This document shows, piece by piece, positions 27,313 to 36,097 of a stretch of DNA of 61,283 nt. The stretch spans positions 1 through 61,283 of the forward strand of contig NZ_JBFXGH010000002.1 in assembly GCF_050178175.1 (NCBI RefSeq), given 5' to 3'. The notes under the pieces were generated by a model that was not told the origin of the DNA, ran no database searches, and saw only the letters and a program-made list of their open reading frames with translations. Position 1 is the first letter of the stretch; the number at the start of each line of letters is the position of its first letter. The position numbers were made by a program, and so were the translations under genes. This DNA is from Sphaerochaeta sp. GTDB taxonomy: Bacteria > Spirochaetota > Spirochaetia > Sphaerochaetales > Sphaerochaetaceae.

Positions 27313-28245
27313 CTAGGGACGTTTCACGCGGCTTCTCTTTTGGGTGACGTCTGATGAACCCGCCCAAGCAGCTTCCTCGATGGGGGTGAAACCCTCACCG
27401 AGGACCTTGTATGCTTCCTGTACAACCATGAATGCATGACTATCGGCTCGGTGCACTATATTGGTAAGCTCGCCGACCTTGTTGTTTGATACAACCGTCA
27501 TGATGACCGGTCGGTCCAATCCTGTGAACATTCCTTGTCCGTTGAGGATGGTTCCCCCATGCCCCAGTTCCTTGAGAATCTCTTCTTGGATGACCTGTCG
27601 CTTTTCGCTGATGATGAAGACTGTCTTGGCCGATCTGGTGCCAAATGACAATACCACCTTGTCGACTGTTACTCCTACGATATAGACTGTCATGGTTGCA
27701 TACAATGCCATTTCGAGTGAGAAAATGAAGGCACTGGAAGCAATGATGATTGCATCAACCAGGAAGAGTGCGGTACCCATGGAGAGCGGGGTGAACCGTG
27801 CAACAATCTGGGCGAGGATGTCTGTCCCCCCGGTGTTTGCTCCACTGCGCAGAACCATTCCAACCCCCAAACCCATCAGCACCCCGGCTGAGATAGCCGA
27901 GAGCAAGACCGAGAGATCCTTCGAGTAGTCAAGCAGTCCGTCATAGCCAACCCATGCATTGATCAGTGAGGTGAAGAGTGAGAGGAGGACGGTTCCCAGC
28001 AGTGATTTCATCCCATATTGTCTGCCAAAAATGGCAACTCCGAGCAAGAAAAGAGGAACTGAGAGAACCAAAATAGAGAGACCGGTATCGAATCGAAGGG
28101 TGTGATAGATGATGATTGCAATACCGCTTACTCCACCGCTTGCAATTCTTGCAGGGGAAGAGAAAAGAGCAACGCCAGCGGCCGTAAGAAAGGATCCGAG
28201 TACAATATAGAAAAGTTCAAGTAGATGGTAATTTCGTTTGGTCAT
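27313..28245 (-). CDS. YitT family membrane protein
   Basis: GGVSGI, NTGGTDI, G.GMFTG, D..AF C-terminal domain. Confidence 0.9.
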   Translation of the reverse strand: MTKRNYHLLELFYIVLGSFLTAAGVALFSSPARIASGGVSGIAIIIYHTLRFDTGLSILVLSVPLFLLGVAIFGRQYGMKSLLGTVLLSLFTSLINAWVGYDGLLDYSKDLSVLLSAISAGVLMGLGVGMVLRSGANTGGTDILAQIVARFTPLSMGTALFLVDAIIIASSAFIFSLEMALYATMTVYIVGVTVDKVVLSFGTRSAKTVFIISEKRQVIQEEILKELGHGGTILNGQGMFTGLDRPVIMTVVSNNKVGELTNIVHRADSHAFMVVQEAYKVLGEGFTPIEEAAWAGSSDVTQKRSRVKRP

Positions 28246-28284
28246 GTGTGTAGCATAGCTTGATTGGTAGCGTTTTACTACCAT

Positions 28285-28866
28285 TCAGGGTGAGAGTTTA
28301 TCACTCAATTGTGGATTCCAGCTGGCTAGTTTTTCGAACAGCAAATCAATATCTTGCTCGACGATCAATGCATCCAGATGATTCTGTTTAAGAAATCCTT
28401 GCGTTACGCTGTACGAGAGAAAATCCAAAAGTTGGTCATAGAATCCCGCAAGATTGAGTATGGCCACAGGCTTCTGGTGGTACCCGAGTTGCAACCAGGT
28501 AAAGATTTCCAGGATTTCCTCCAGCGTGCCGATTCCTCCTGGAAGTGCAATAAATGCATCTGCAAGTGAATACATCTTGGCTTTTCTCTCATGCATAGTG
28601 GGGACGATGATCAGCTCGTTTTCAACAGTGTGAAGCCGGACGTCTTTCCTGTTCAGTGCTTCAGGGAGGACTCCAATGACATTCCCTCCACGATCATACA
28701 GACTTTGGGCAACGATACCCATCAGCCCACGATTTCCCCCACCATACACCAATGAGAGGTGTTTCTTTGCCATAGCGGCACCCAATTCTTCTGCCCCTTC
28801 CGCCATGCTAGGGTTTGTTCCTGTGCTGCTTCCACAAAATACTGCAAGTGTTTGTAGTTCCTTCAT
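28285..28866 (-). CDS. LOG family phosphoribohydrolase (TIGR00730-like)
   Basis: VFCGSS.G, LVYGGG..GLMG, MHERK, LPGGIGTLEE. Confidence 0.94.
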   Translation of the reverse strand: MKELQTLAVFCGSSTGTNPSMAEGAEELGAAMAKKHLSLVYGGGNRGLMGIVAQSLYDRGGNVIGVLPEALNRKDVRLHTVENELIIVPTMHERKAKMYSLADAFIALPGGIGTLEEILEIFTWLQLGYHQKPVAILNLAGFYDQLLDFLSYSVTQGFLKQNHLDALIVEQDIDLLFEKLASWNPQLSDKLSP

Positions 28867-29039
28867 AAGCAAGAAGGGTACAGAATATGTCATATCCATG
28901 GCAAGATGGTGAATAAGTAGGGTTACCAATTGTCCATTTGCTTGTTATAATTACTTCAGAAGTGTATGATACCAATAGTTGGTTTTGTACTATGATTGCT
29001 GTGGCCCCGCAAAGAGTCGCAGAGAGGAGTTTCATTGAT

Positions 29040-30257
29040 ATGAAAAGGAAATTCATTACTGTATTAGCTGTATTGATACTTTTACCGGCATTCTTGTTTG
29101 CTGTTCCAGTAGTAGTAACCTGGGAGTGGTTGCTGGAAGACCCCTTGGTAACAACTTTCCGCTACCAAGTTGATGGGGAGGAAGAGGATAACTGGACCGT
29201 AGTTGACTCTTCTGTTACCAGCTACACCGAACGTGGGCTTGATGGCACGGTAGACCATACGCTCTACCTCCAGCAATCGTATGATGGGGTACATTTCAGT
29301 GAGAGCGCCATCTCGGTGGCGGAAGCGATGTTCCCGCCCGAGGAAGAAGTTCCCGTGGTGGCCAGTGAGCCTGTTCCTGCAGTCGAGGAAATGGTCGCTG
29401 AAGAACCGGTTCCTGTAGCTGAGGAAGTGGTCGCTGAAGAACCAGCTCCTGTAGCTGAGGAAGTGGTCGCTGAAGAACCAACAGAAGAAGTGGTTCCTCT
29501 AGCTGAAGAAGTAGTTGCTGAAGAGCCTGCAGAGGAAGTGGTTCCTGTAGCTGAAGAAGTGGTCGCTGAAGAGCCGGCAAAAGAAGTGGTTCCTGTAGCT
29601 GAAGAAGTGGTCGCTGAAGAGCCGGTTCCTGTAACAGAGGAAGTGGTAGCTGAAGAACCAGCAGAAGAAGCTGTTCATGTAGCTGAAGAGCCTGTAGAAG
29701 AGAAGAAGGAAGTGGAAAGCCGATCACGCACAACCCTTACCATGGGTGGCACCTTCAACTTCCAGAACCCTGACCTGAACAATTATCACCGATACAATCT
29801 GCAAGCTGAGCTCGGAGTGCACATGGAGAACCTGGTGACCTTCAATGACTCACTTGGATTGGGCATTGACCTTGGTCTTGCTTATTCACCGTATCTTGAA
29901 AGCGCCTATGGGTGGAGAAATGCTGCGACTGATGCATTGGCTTTCGACTTGTCAACAGTTCTATCCAATTTTGATCATGCAATTACCATCTCGGTTGCAC
30001 CGATGCTCAATATCAGCATGGGTAAGACGGATTTTGATATCGGCCTTGGTGGATTCCTCACCTGGGGTCCTGAATTGGCAACCGACAATGGGGATGAATT
30101 CCTCTACGGTGCATTTGCGAAGGCTGCGTTGGAGTACCACTTCAACAAGACCTTCAGTATGGGAGCAAGCGCAAAGTACGGCCTCATTCTCAGCGAGGGG
30201 ACCAGCAGCATGCCACAATTTGCTGAGGGTACTGTCTATATGGGCTTCTCCTTCTAG
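29040..30257 (+). CDS. Secreted protein: Fn3-like N-domain, acidic E/V/A/P repeat linker, putative C-terminal beta-barrel
   Basis: Signal peptide (LFA), GAGGAG SD, amphipathic strands ending YMGFSF. Confidence 0.75.
   Translation: MKRKFITVLAVLILLPAFLFAVPVVVTWEWLLEDPLVTTFRYQVDGEEEDNWTVVDSSVTSYTERGLDGTVDHTLYLQQSYDGVHFSESAISVAEAMFPPEEEVPVVASEPVPAVEEMVAEEPVPVAEEVVAEEPAPVAEEVVAEEPTEEVVPLAEEVVAEEPAEEVVPVAEEVVAEEPAKEVVPVAEEVVAEEPVPVTEEVVAEEPAEEAVHVAEEPVEEKKEVESRSRTTLTMGGTFNFQNPDLNNYHRYNLQAELGVHMENLVTFNDSLGLGIDLGLAYSPYLESAYGWRNAATDALAFDLSTVLSNFDHAITISVAPMLNISMGKTDFDIGLGGFLTWGPELATDNGDEFLYGAFAKAALEYHFNKTFSMGASAKYGLILSEGTSSMPQFAEGTVYMGFSF
29341..29703 (+). repeat. Intragenic tandem repeat of 36/48-nt units (VPVAEEVVAEEP[AEEV])
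   Basis: Recurrent GTTCCTGTAGCTGARGAAGTGGTCGCTGAAGARCC, about 8-9 degenerate units. Confidence 0.9.
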
Positions 30258-30280
30258 GGAGAGACAGAAATTCCTGGATA

Positions 30281-30305
30281 AAGAGCCCAGCAATGGGCTC
30301 TTTTC
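30281..30305 (+). terminator. Rho-independent terminator
   Basis: AAGAGCCCA-GCAA-TGGGCTCTT followed by TTCTT. Confidence 0.8.
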
Positions 30306-30435
30306 TTACACCTGTGCCTTGACCTCGCTTCTTTGGTATGGATATCATAGACCGAGACGGGGCATTTTCCCTTCATGATACTATTGTACTGGACCATGTA
30401 AGGTCCGATGCGATAAAAGGATGGTTAGTGTTTTT

Positions 30436-31188
30436 ATGAAATCAGGCCGTGTGCAAGCATGCATCGACTACATCAGGTTCAACCACGAGGCAGAAGGATT
30501 TGAATTCTCTGAGAAAGAGGAACAAAGTGTACGTTCCATCCTGGAGGAAGAGGCTACAGCAGATGAATTGGTTCAGCGGTATATTGAGGAACATGGACTG
30601 GCCATGCAGTACACCAAAACCTCAGACGAGCTCTCTGTCTATCCCGATACCTCTACCTTGGTTAACTTTTTTTCGATCAAGGAACGATCAAAACTGAAAA
30701 AAGTGGAGGCATCCCTGGCAAACTTGCGTACCGCAGAGATGCTTACTGAGTCGGTAGATAATACCTATGATTTTGACTATCTGAAAACCATTCATGGAAG
30801 AATGTTCGGTGACGTCTATCCCTCAGCCGGCCAGGTCCGTACCACCGTTGCTGCAAAGAGAACCGTTTTCTGCCATCCTATGTTTATCGAGAGTGCAGCA
30901 GAGGATATTTTCAGCCGTCTCAGGAAAGAACACTACCTCAAAGGATTGGATCGGGAGAGCTTTATCAACGATCTTGCTTTCTTTATGGGAGAAATAGAGG
31001 CCCTCCATCCATTCAGCGATGGAAATGGAAGGGCAGCTCGCCTGTTTTTCTATCAGCTATCGGTACATGCGGGTTTTGACATCGACTGGTCGATGGTCGA
31101 CCCGGACCGATTGCTGGAAGCTGATATCAGCGCGATTGACGGGGATTACCAACTGTTGATCGATGTGCTGGAAGAAGTGGTACTGTAA
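30436..31188 (+). CDS. Fic-domain AMPylase with a fused N-terminal VbhA-like inhibitory domain
   Basis: Canonical HPFSDGNGRAAR; FicT-like YP....L.N...I; N-terminal NHEAEG helix. Confidence 0.88.
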   Translation: MKSGRVQACIDYIRFNHEAEGFEFSEKEEQSVRSILEEEATADELVQRYIEEHGLAMQYTKTSDELSVYPDTSTLVNFFSIKERSKLKKVEASLANLRTAEMLTESVDNTYDFDYLKTIHGRMFGDVYPSAGQVRTTVAAKRTVFCHPMFIESAAEDIFSRLRKEHYLKGLDRESFINDLAFFMGEIEALHPFSDGNGRAARLFFYQLSVHAGFDIDWSMVDPDRLLEADISAIDGDYQLLIDVLEEVVL

Positions 31189-31194
31189 GAGATT

Positions 31195-31213
31195 GGGACG
31201 GTTTTTCCGTCCC
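31195..31213 (+). terminator. Hairpin after the fic gene
   Basis: GGGACGG-TTTTT-CCGTCCC followed by TTCGCTTTT. Confidence 0.65.
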
Positions 31214-31238
31214 TTCGCTTTTATTGGGAGATATATTC

Positions 31239-32264
31239 ATGACCAAAATAGCGTTTTTTGATACCAAGCCCTATGACAAGGTTTGGTTTGATCATTTCTC
31301 AGGTGACTACCAGGTGGAAATCACCTATTTTGAATCGAAACTCAACCATAAGACAGCTCCTCTCGCTCATGGGTATGAGGTGGTCTGTGCTTTTGTGAAT
31401 GATACCATAGATGAACAAGTGATCGAGAATCTGTACCAAGGAGGAGTACGTCTGCTTGCCATGCGTTGCGCAGGATACAACAACATTGATTTCAAGGCAT
31501 CATTCGGGAAGATTCATATTGTCAGGGTTCCGGCCTACTCACCCTATGCAGTTGCAGAGCATGCAACGGCGTTGTTGCTGAGCCTGGTGAGACAGATCCA
31601 CCACAGTTACGTACGGACCCGTGAGTTCAACTTCAGTCTCAATGGCTTGGTCGGGTTTGACCTCCATGGAAAGACCATCGGGGTCGTGGGGACTGGAAAG
31701 ATTGGACGGGTATTCATCGATATCTGCAAGGGATTCGGCATGAGGATACTTGCCTATGATCCCTATCCCAATGAATCGATTGCTGTTGACTACTGCAGTT
31801 TTGAGGAGCTTTGCAGGGAGAGTGACATCATAAGTCTCCATTGTCCCCTGACAGAGGATTCCTTCCATCTGGTAGGTCGGGAGAGTATCGCCAAGATGAA
31901 AGACGGGGTTGTATTGATCAACACCTCCCGTGGTGCCTTGGTTGACAGCCTGGCACTCTTGGAAGGTATTCGGAGCAAGAAGATTGGAGGTGCCGCACTG
32001 GATGTGTACGAGGAGGAGGCTGAACTCTTCTATGAAGATAGAAGCGCCACCATCCTTGATGATGACATCCTCATGCTCCTGATCTCGATGCCCAATGTAC
32101 TGGTCACCAGTCACCAGGCATTCCTTACCAAGGAAGCGCTCCAGAATATAGCACTCACGACGCTCAAGAGCATTGAAAGCTATGTGAAGGGAGATGTGAT
32201 GGAGCATGAGATCTGTTATCAGTGCGATACCTGCAACAAGGTTACTGGGCAACGCTGTTTCTGA
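31239..32264 (+). CDS. ldhA: D-lactate / 2-hydroxyacid dehydrogenase
   Basis: RCAGYNN, RVPAYSP.AVAEH, GTGKIG, LHCPL, NTSRG, LDVYE.E, TSHQAF. Confidence 0.9.
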   Translation: MTKIAFFDTKPYDKVWFDHFSGDYQVEITYFESKLNHKTAPLAHGYEVVCAFVNDTIDEQVIENLYQGGVRLLAMRCAGYNNIDFKASFGKIHIVRVPAYSPYAVAEHATALLLSLVRQIHHSYVRTREFNFSLNGLVGFDLHGKTIGVVGTGKIGRVFIDICKGFGMRILAYDPYPNESIAVDYCSFEELCRESDIISLHCPLTEDSFHLVGRESIAKMKDGVVLINTSRGALVDSLALLEGIRSKKIGGAALDVYEEEAELFYEDRSATILDDDILMLLISMPNVLVTSHQAFLTKEALQNIALTTLKSIESYVKGDVMEHEICYQCDTCNKVTGQRCF

Positions 32265-32865
32265 TGTTCTGCTCAGCCCACTGCCTGTCTATACGTGTGA
32301 AGTATCCTTTCTGGAGAGGGAAGGATACTGCATTCACGTGGAGCTGACTATACAGACCATGCTCACAACTGATGGATCCCTCAAGGGATCCATCCTTGTT
32401 GAGAACCGTGAAGTACAGCGTATCCAGCTCTTTTTCCTGTTTCGTGAAGAAGAGCTGGTATTCCGTTTCCTGTAGTTGGAGGGAGAGGTAGAGCTTGCAT
32501 AGCTCTACTGTGCGGTCATCGAGGCCTTGCTCCCAGATCAGGAGTTTCTCTTTCAGGGAGGCCGTTGTATTCACGAGTCTCAGCGTATAGGAATCGAGGT
32601 CCTCCCGACCTGTTACCTTCCCATCCACCTGCTCGTGCTCGGTGTTTGGAATGAGCATTATTGCCCATTTTGTAGTTTCATCTACCACCAGCAGTTCATG
32701 CAACACAGTGTACTGTTTCTTGCAAGCAGGACAGGTGACACTGAAGAGGCTATCGGTAAGGATGCCCAATCTCTGCTTTGGTTGTTTTTGGAGGTCTATG
32801 AACGGGGTGAGGGTATGGGGGTGTTCCCTCTTACAGTGGGGGCAGGTAATGGTTACGTCTTGCAC
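32242..32865 (-). CDS. CpXC domain protein
   Basis: ITCPHC...F..TCPAC and R.V......L.EK..I.E.GLDDR.VE..K; AGGAG SD before GTG. Confidence 0.8.
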   Translation of the reverse strand: MQDVTITCPHCKREHPHTLTPFIDLQKQPKQRLGILTDSLFSVTCPACKKQYTVLHELLVVDETTKWAIMLIPNTEHEQVDGKVTGREDLDSYTLRLVNTTASLKEKLLIWEQGLDDRTVELCKLYLSLQLQETEYQLFFTKQEKELDTLYFTVLNKDGSLEGSISCEHGLYSQLHVNAVSFPLQKGYFTRIDRQWAEQNIRNSVAQ

Positions 32866-32884
32866 AGTGCAATACTCCTAACAA

Positions 32885-32910
32885 AAGCAGGCTCCCTGAA
32901 GCCAGGGAGC
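32885..32910 (-). terminator. Terminator after rlmKL
   Basis: GCTCCCTG/CAGGGAGC stem followed by CTGCTTTT on the minus strand. Confidence 0.65.
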
Positions 32911-32921
32911 ATGTTGGAAGA

Positions 32922-35156
32922 CTATTTTTTTCGAATTACCTTCTTGGGGGCGGGTTTTACCTGCTTGATCTTGGCAATTGGACGATGCTTGATCAGGTAC
33001 GTCTGGTGAATCTTCTGGTCACGGGCAAAATCCTCTGCAATGGTATCTTTCGAAATATCCTGGATGTCATACTCTTCAAGAAGTCGCTCATCCATCTTGA
33101 ATTTCCGGAAGTTGTTGCTGAAGATCAAGGTGCCTTTCTCATCGAGATGCATCATACAAGCCTTGATCAAGCGAACCTGGTCCCGATAGACATCGAATGT
33201 ATCCCGTCCCTTTCCATTTGAGAAGGTTGGTGGATCACAGAAGATGAGGTCGTACCGGTCGTAGGTATCGAACAGGAATTCGATACAATCACTTCTATAG
33301 AAAAAGTGGTTCATCCCGGTAAAACCATTAAGCTCCATGTTCTTCGTAGCCCAGTCAAGGTAGGTAGCGGATGCATCAACACTGACGGTGCTTAGTGCTC
33401 CTCCCCTGGCCGCCTGTACTGTGGCGGTTCCCGTATAGCAGAACAGGTTAAGGAACCGCTTACCTTCCGCCATCTTGGCAATCTCTGCGCGGATAGGACG
33501 GTGGTCGAGGAAGATTCCTGTATCCAGATAGTCGGTGAAGTTCACCAGATATTTGGCATCATTCTCATTGATGATGTAGAACCGGTCGCTGCTTGCCATC
33601 TTCTCGTACTGTTTTTCGCCTTTCTGGGGAGTTCGCTGTTTTACGTAGATCTGTTCGCGATCAATACCTGTTGCCCGTTCAGTGGCATCAATGAGTTCTC
33701 CCAATCGTCTGAGTGCTGCCTCTTCCTCAATGGTGCTTGGGGGGGCATACTCCTGAAGACTGATATACTTGCCTTCATACAGATCGATTGCTGCACTGTA
33801 CTCCGGCATATCTGCATCATAGATACGGTAGCAGGTGACTCCCTGGCTTTCCATGATGGGAGTGATGGCAGAAATGTTCTTGACCAAACGGTTGTATGCC
33901 ATCTGGGCTCCCTCGCTCAATGGCTGGGCAAGTCGTTCCTGCTTACGGGCGATTGCACGTTCGATCATCTGCTGTCGTTCTTCCGGAGTGAATACATGGT
34001 AGTGCGCAATCTGGCAAGTGACTCCGCCGTTGTTTACCGTGTTGGTACGGTCGGGTTTCATGTCAACATAGCTCAACAGCTCTTGCTGTCCACACAGCAG
34101 GGCTACGTTCCATCCTCCGAAGAGGCTGCTTAGCTGGCTGCCGATTTTTCGGTAGAGAGAGCGAAGATCCCCGTCACTTTCCATTCTCAGTCCATAGGGA
34201 GGATCGGTGATGATGTAGCCATGGTCGGATGGAACATCGTCCTTGGTAAGGGTTAGGAAGTCTTGTACCCGGAAGTCGATCAGGTGATCAACCTGGGCCA
34301 GTTCAGCGTTCTTTCTTGCAATAGCCACGGCCTTCGGATCATTATCCCATGCATGGATGGAGATCTTGCGGTCCTTTGCCTTTTCAGCTCTCTCGACAGC
34401 TTCATCTACCACATCGTCCCAGAGATCCGGGTCATGGAAGGGGAGGCTGAGGAAGTTGAACTTCCGGGCAGTTACCAATCCTGGTGCACGGTCACTTGCC
34501 CAGAGAGCTGCCTCGATGGCGAGCGTGCCGCTTCCGGTGAAAGGGTCAAGCAGGGTGGGAACAGTTTCTTCTGCCTCCAAGGCCTTCCTCCACTCAGAGC
34601 GGTAAAGCACTGATGCTGCAAGGTACTCACTGAGGACTGCATCGGTTTGTGCGGCGCGGTAACCACGCTTGTATAAACCACGACCGGAGAAGTCTACATA
34701 CCATGCGACTGCATCTCCATCGATATGTACGTGGAACACCACATCGCTCTCTTCCTTGTCTACCATGGGACGCTCACCGTCAAATTTTTCCCTGATCCGG
34801 TCAACAATTGCGTCCTTTACACGAATTGTTGCAAAGTGGGAATTTTTCAGGTAGCGGCAGTTCTTCGTCGTCTCGGTAACCAAGAAGGTCTGTTCAGGAG
34901 TTATCCAATCCTCCCAAGGTATCTGCAGTGATGCTTCGTAGAGCTCATCAGCGTTCTGGATATCGTCATCCATGAACAAACCAAGGAGTACCCTTGTAGC
35001 GGTCCTTGACCAAAGGCAGAACCTGTAGGCTGAGGCAAGGTCTGCTACGAACTCAACACCACCGCTGATGCTGCGGATCTCGGTTGCACCAGCCCTACGG
35101 GCTTCCTCTTCAATTATGTCGTTCATGTATAAGGCTGAAGTGGCGAAGAAAATCAT
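32922..35156 (-). CDS. rlmKL: Bifunctional 23S rRNA m2G2445/m7G2069 methyltransferase
   Basis: THUMP, DPFTGSGT, DPPYG, YRIYDADMPEY, DYLDTGIFLDHR, LNLFCYTG, DPPTFSN. Confidence 0.96.
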   Translation of the reverse strand: MIFFATSALYMNDIIEEEARRAGATEIRSISGGVEFVADLASAYRFCLWSRTATRVLLGLFMDDDIQNADELYEASLQIPWEDWITPEQTFLVTETTKNCRYLKNSHFATIRVKDAIVDRIREKFDGERPMVDKEESDVVFHVHIDGDAVAWYVDFSGRGLYKRGYRAAQTDAVLSEYLAASVLYRSEWRKALEAEETVPTLLDPFTGSGTLAIEAALWASDRAPGLVTARKFNFLSLPFHDPDLWDDVVDEAVERAEKAKDRKISIHAWDNDPKAVAIARKNAELAQVDHLIDFRVQDFLTLTKDDVPSDHGYIITDPPYGLRMESDGDLRSLYRKIGSQLSSLFGGWNVALLCGQQELLSYVDMKPDRTNTVNNGGVTCQIAHYHVFTPEERQQMIERAIARKQERLAQPLSEGAQMAYNRLVKNISAITPIMESQGVTCYRIYDADMPEYSAAIDLYEGKYISLQEYAPPSTIEEEAALRRLGELIDATERATGIDREQIYVKQRTPQKGEKQYEKMASSDRFYIINENDAKYLVNFTDYLDTGIFLDHRPIRAEIAKMAEGKRFLNLFCYTGTATVQAARGGALSTVSVDASATYLDWATKNMELNGFTGMNHFFYRSDCIEFLFDTYDRYDLIFCDPPTFSNGKGRDTFDVYRDQVRLIKACMMHLDEKGTLIFSNNFRKFKMDERLLEEYDIQDISKDTIAEDFARDQKIHQTYLIKHRPIAKIKQVKPAPKKVIRKK

Positions 35157-36097
35157 TTGGGTTCTCCCTCTGCGTCGCTGAACAAGTAATCTAGTTCATA
35201 TTTCTCGTAATGGTAGTGGGTGTTGCAGTTGACACAGACCAGCTCAAGCGGGAAAGGGCCATGCTCCAGGATGTCCTGTTGTTCTGCCTTATCCAGCTGC
35301 TTCAGGTACGTTTTGTATTGCTCGCGAGAACAGGGGCAGGAGAAGCCCAGGGGCTGTCTTGCCAGGTGCCTGAGTTCGTAGCTCCCAAACTGTTCTTCTA
35401 CATACTCCTTGATCGACATCCCTTCGGCGAGTTTCTTGCCGATGGAGGGAAGGGCATATGCCTGTTCCTCGAGTTTCTCGCGGACATGTTCCTCGCACCC
35501 AGGCATTGCCTGCAGGAACAGGGCACCGCTACCGGTAACCTGTCCTTCCTTGTTGAAGTGAATAGAGAAGCTGAAAAGAGTAGGGGTCTGCTCTGACTGT
35601 TGGAAGTAGAGTGCAAGATCCTTGGCCAAATCGCCATAGGCCATCATGGTCTGTCCGGTGAAGGGGGCCTTGTGTCCTTCCAGCAATTTTGAGACTGAGA
35701 TGAAGCCCGGTCCATAGAGTTCGTTCAGGTCCAAACTTTCCAGAGGCTTGGTAAGGGGGATTGGATTATGTTTCAGATATCCCCTTACCGCTCCTGCTGC
35801 CCAGGCCTCGACATATACACCCGCTATGGGGCCTCCACACTCAATGGTCAGCTGGATTCGGTCATTGCCTTTTACCGTACTGCTGAGAAGGCCGGCTGCA
35901 AGGTAGGCCTGGCCCAATACATAGGTCTCCAGGAGCCCCAGTTCATGGTTGGCTCGCATCTGATTGACAAGTGTGGTCGCTGAGATTGCAGTAACACGGA
36001 CTTGATCGTTATGCAAAAAAAACACCTCGCGCCCATCTTCAGGCAGGGAAGCGAGATGTTCACGCAAACTACTATCTTCTATCTTTTTCTTGATCAT
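35153..36097 (-). CDS. hslO: Hsp33 redox-regulated chaperone
   Basis: YFQQSEQ.PT, F.CPCS...C..C zinc motif. Confidence 0.92.
   Translation of the reverse strand: MIKKKIEDSSLREHLASLPEDGREVFFLHNDQVRVTAISATTLVNQMRANHELGLLETYVLGQAYLAAGLLSSTVKGNDRIQLTIECGGPIAGVYVEAWAAGAVRGYLKHNPIPLTKPLESLDLNELYGPGFISVSKLLEGHKAPFTGQTMMAYGDLAKDLALYFQQSEQTPTLFSFSIHFNKEGQVTGSGALFLQAMPGCEEHVREKLEEQAYALPSIGKKLAEGMSIKEYVEEQFGSYELRHLARQPLGFSCPCSREQYKTYLKQLDKAEQQDILEHGPFPLELVCVNCNTHYHYEKYELDYLFSDAEGEPK

Noticed and set aside
29341-29703. CRISPR-like 36-nt periodicity
   Set aside because: The units abut without unique spacers, stay in frame within a CDS, and no cas genes are present.
30340-30435. Riboswitch in the fic leader
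   Set aside because: Only a 5-bp GGACC/GGTCC hairpin; no recognisable aptamer consensus.
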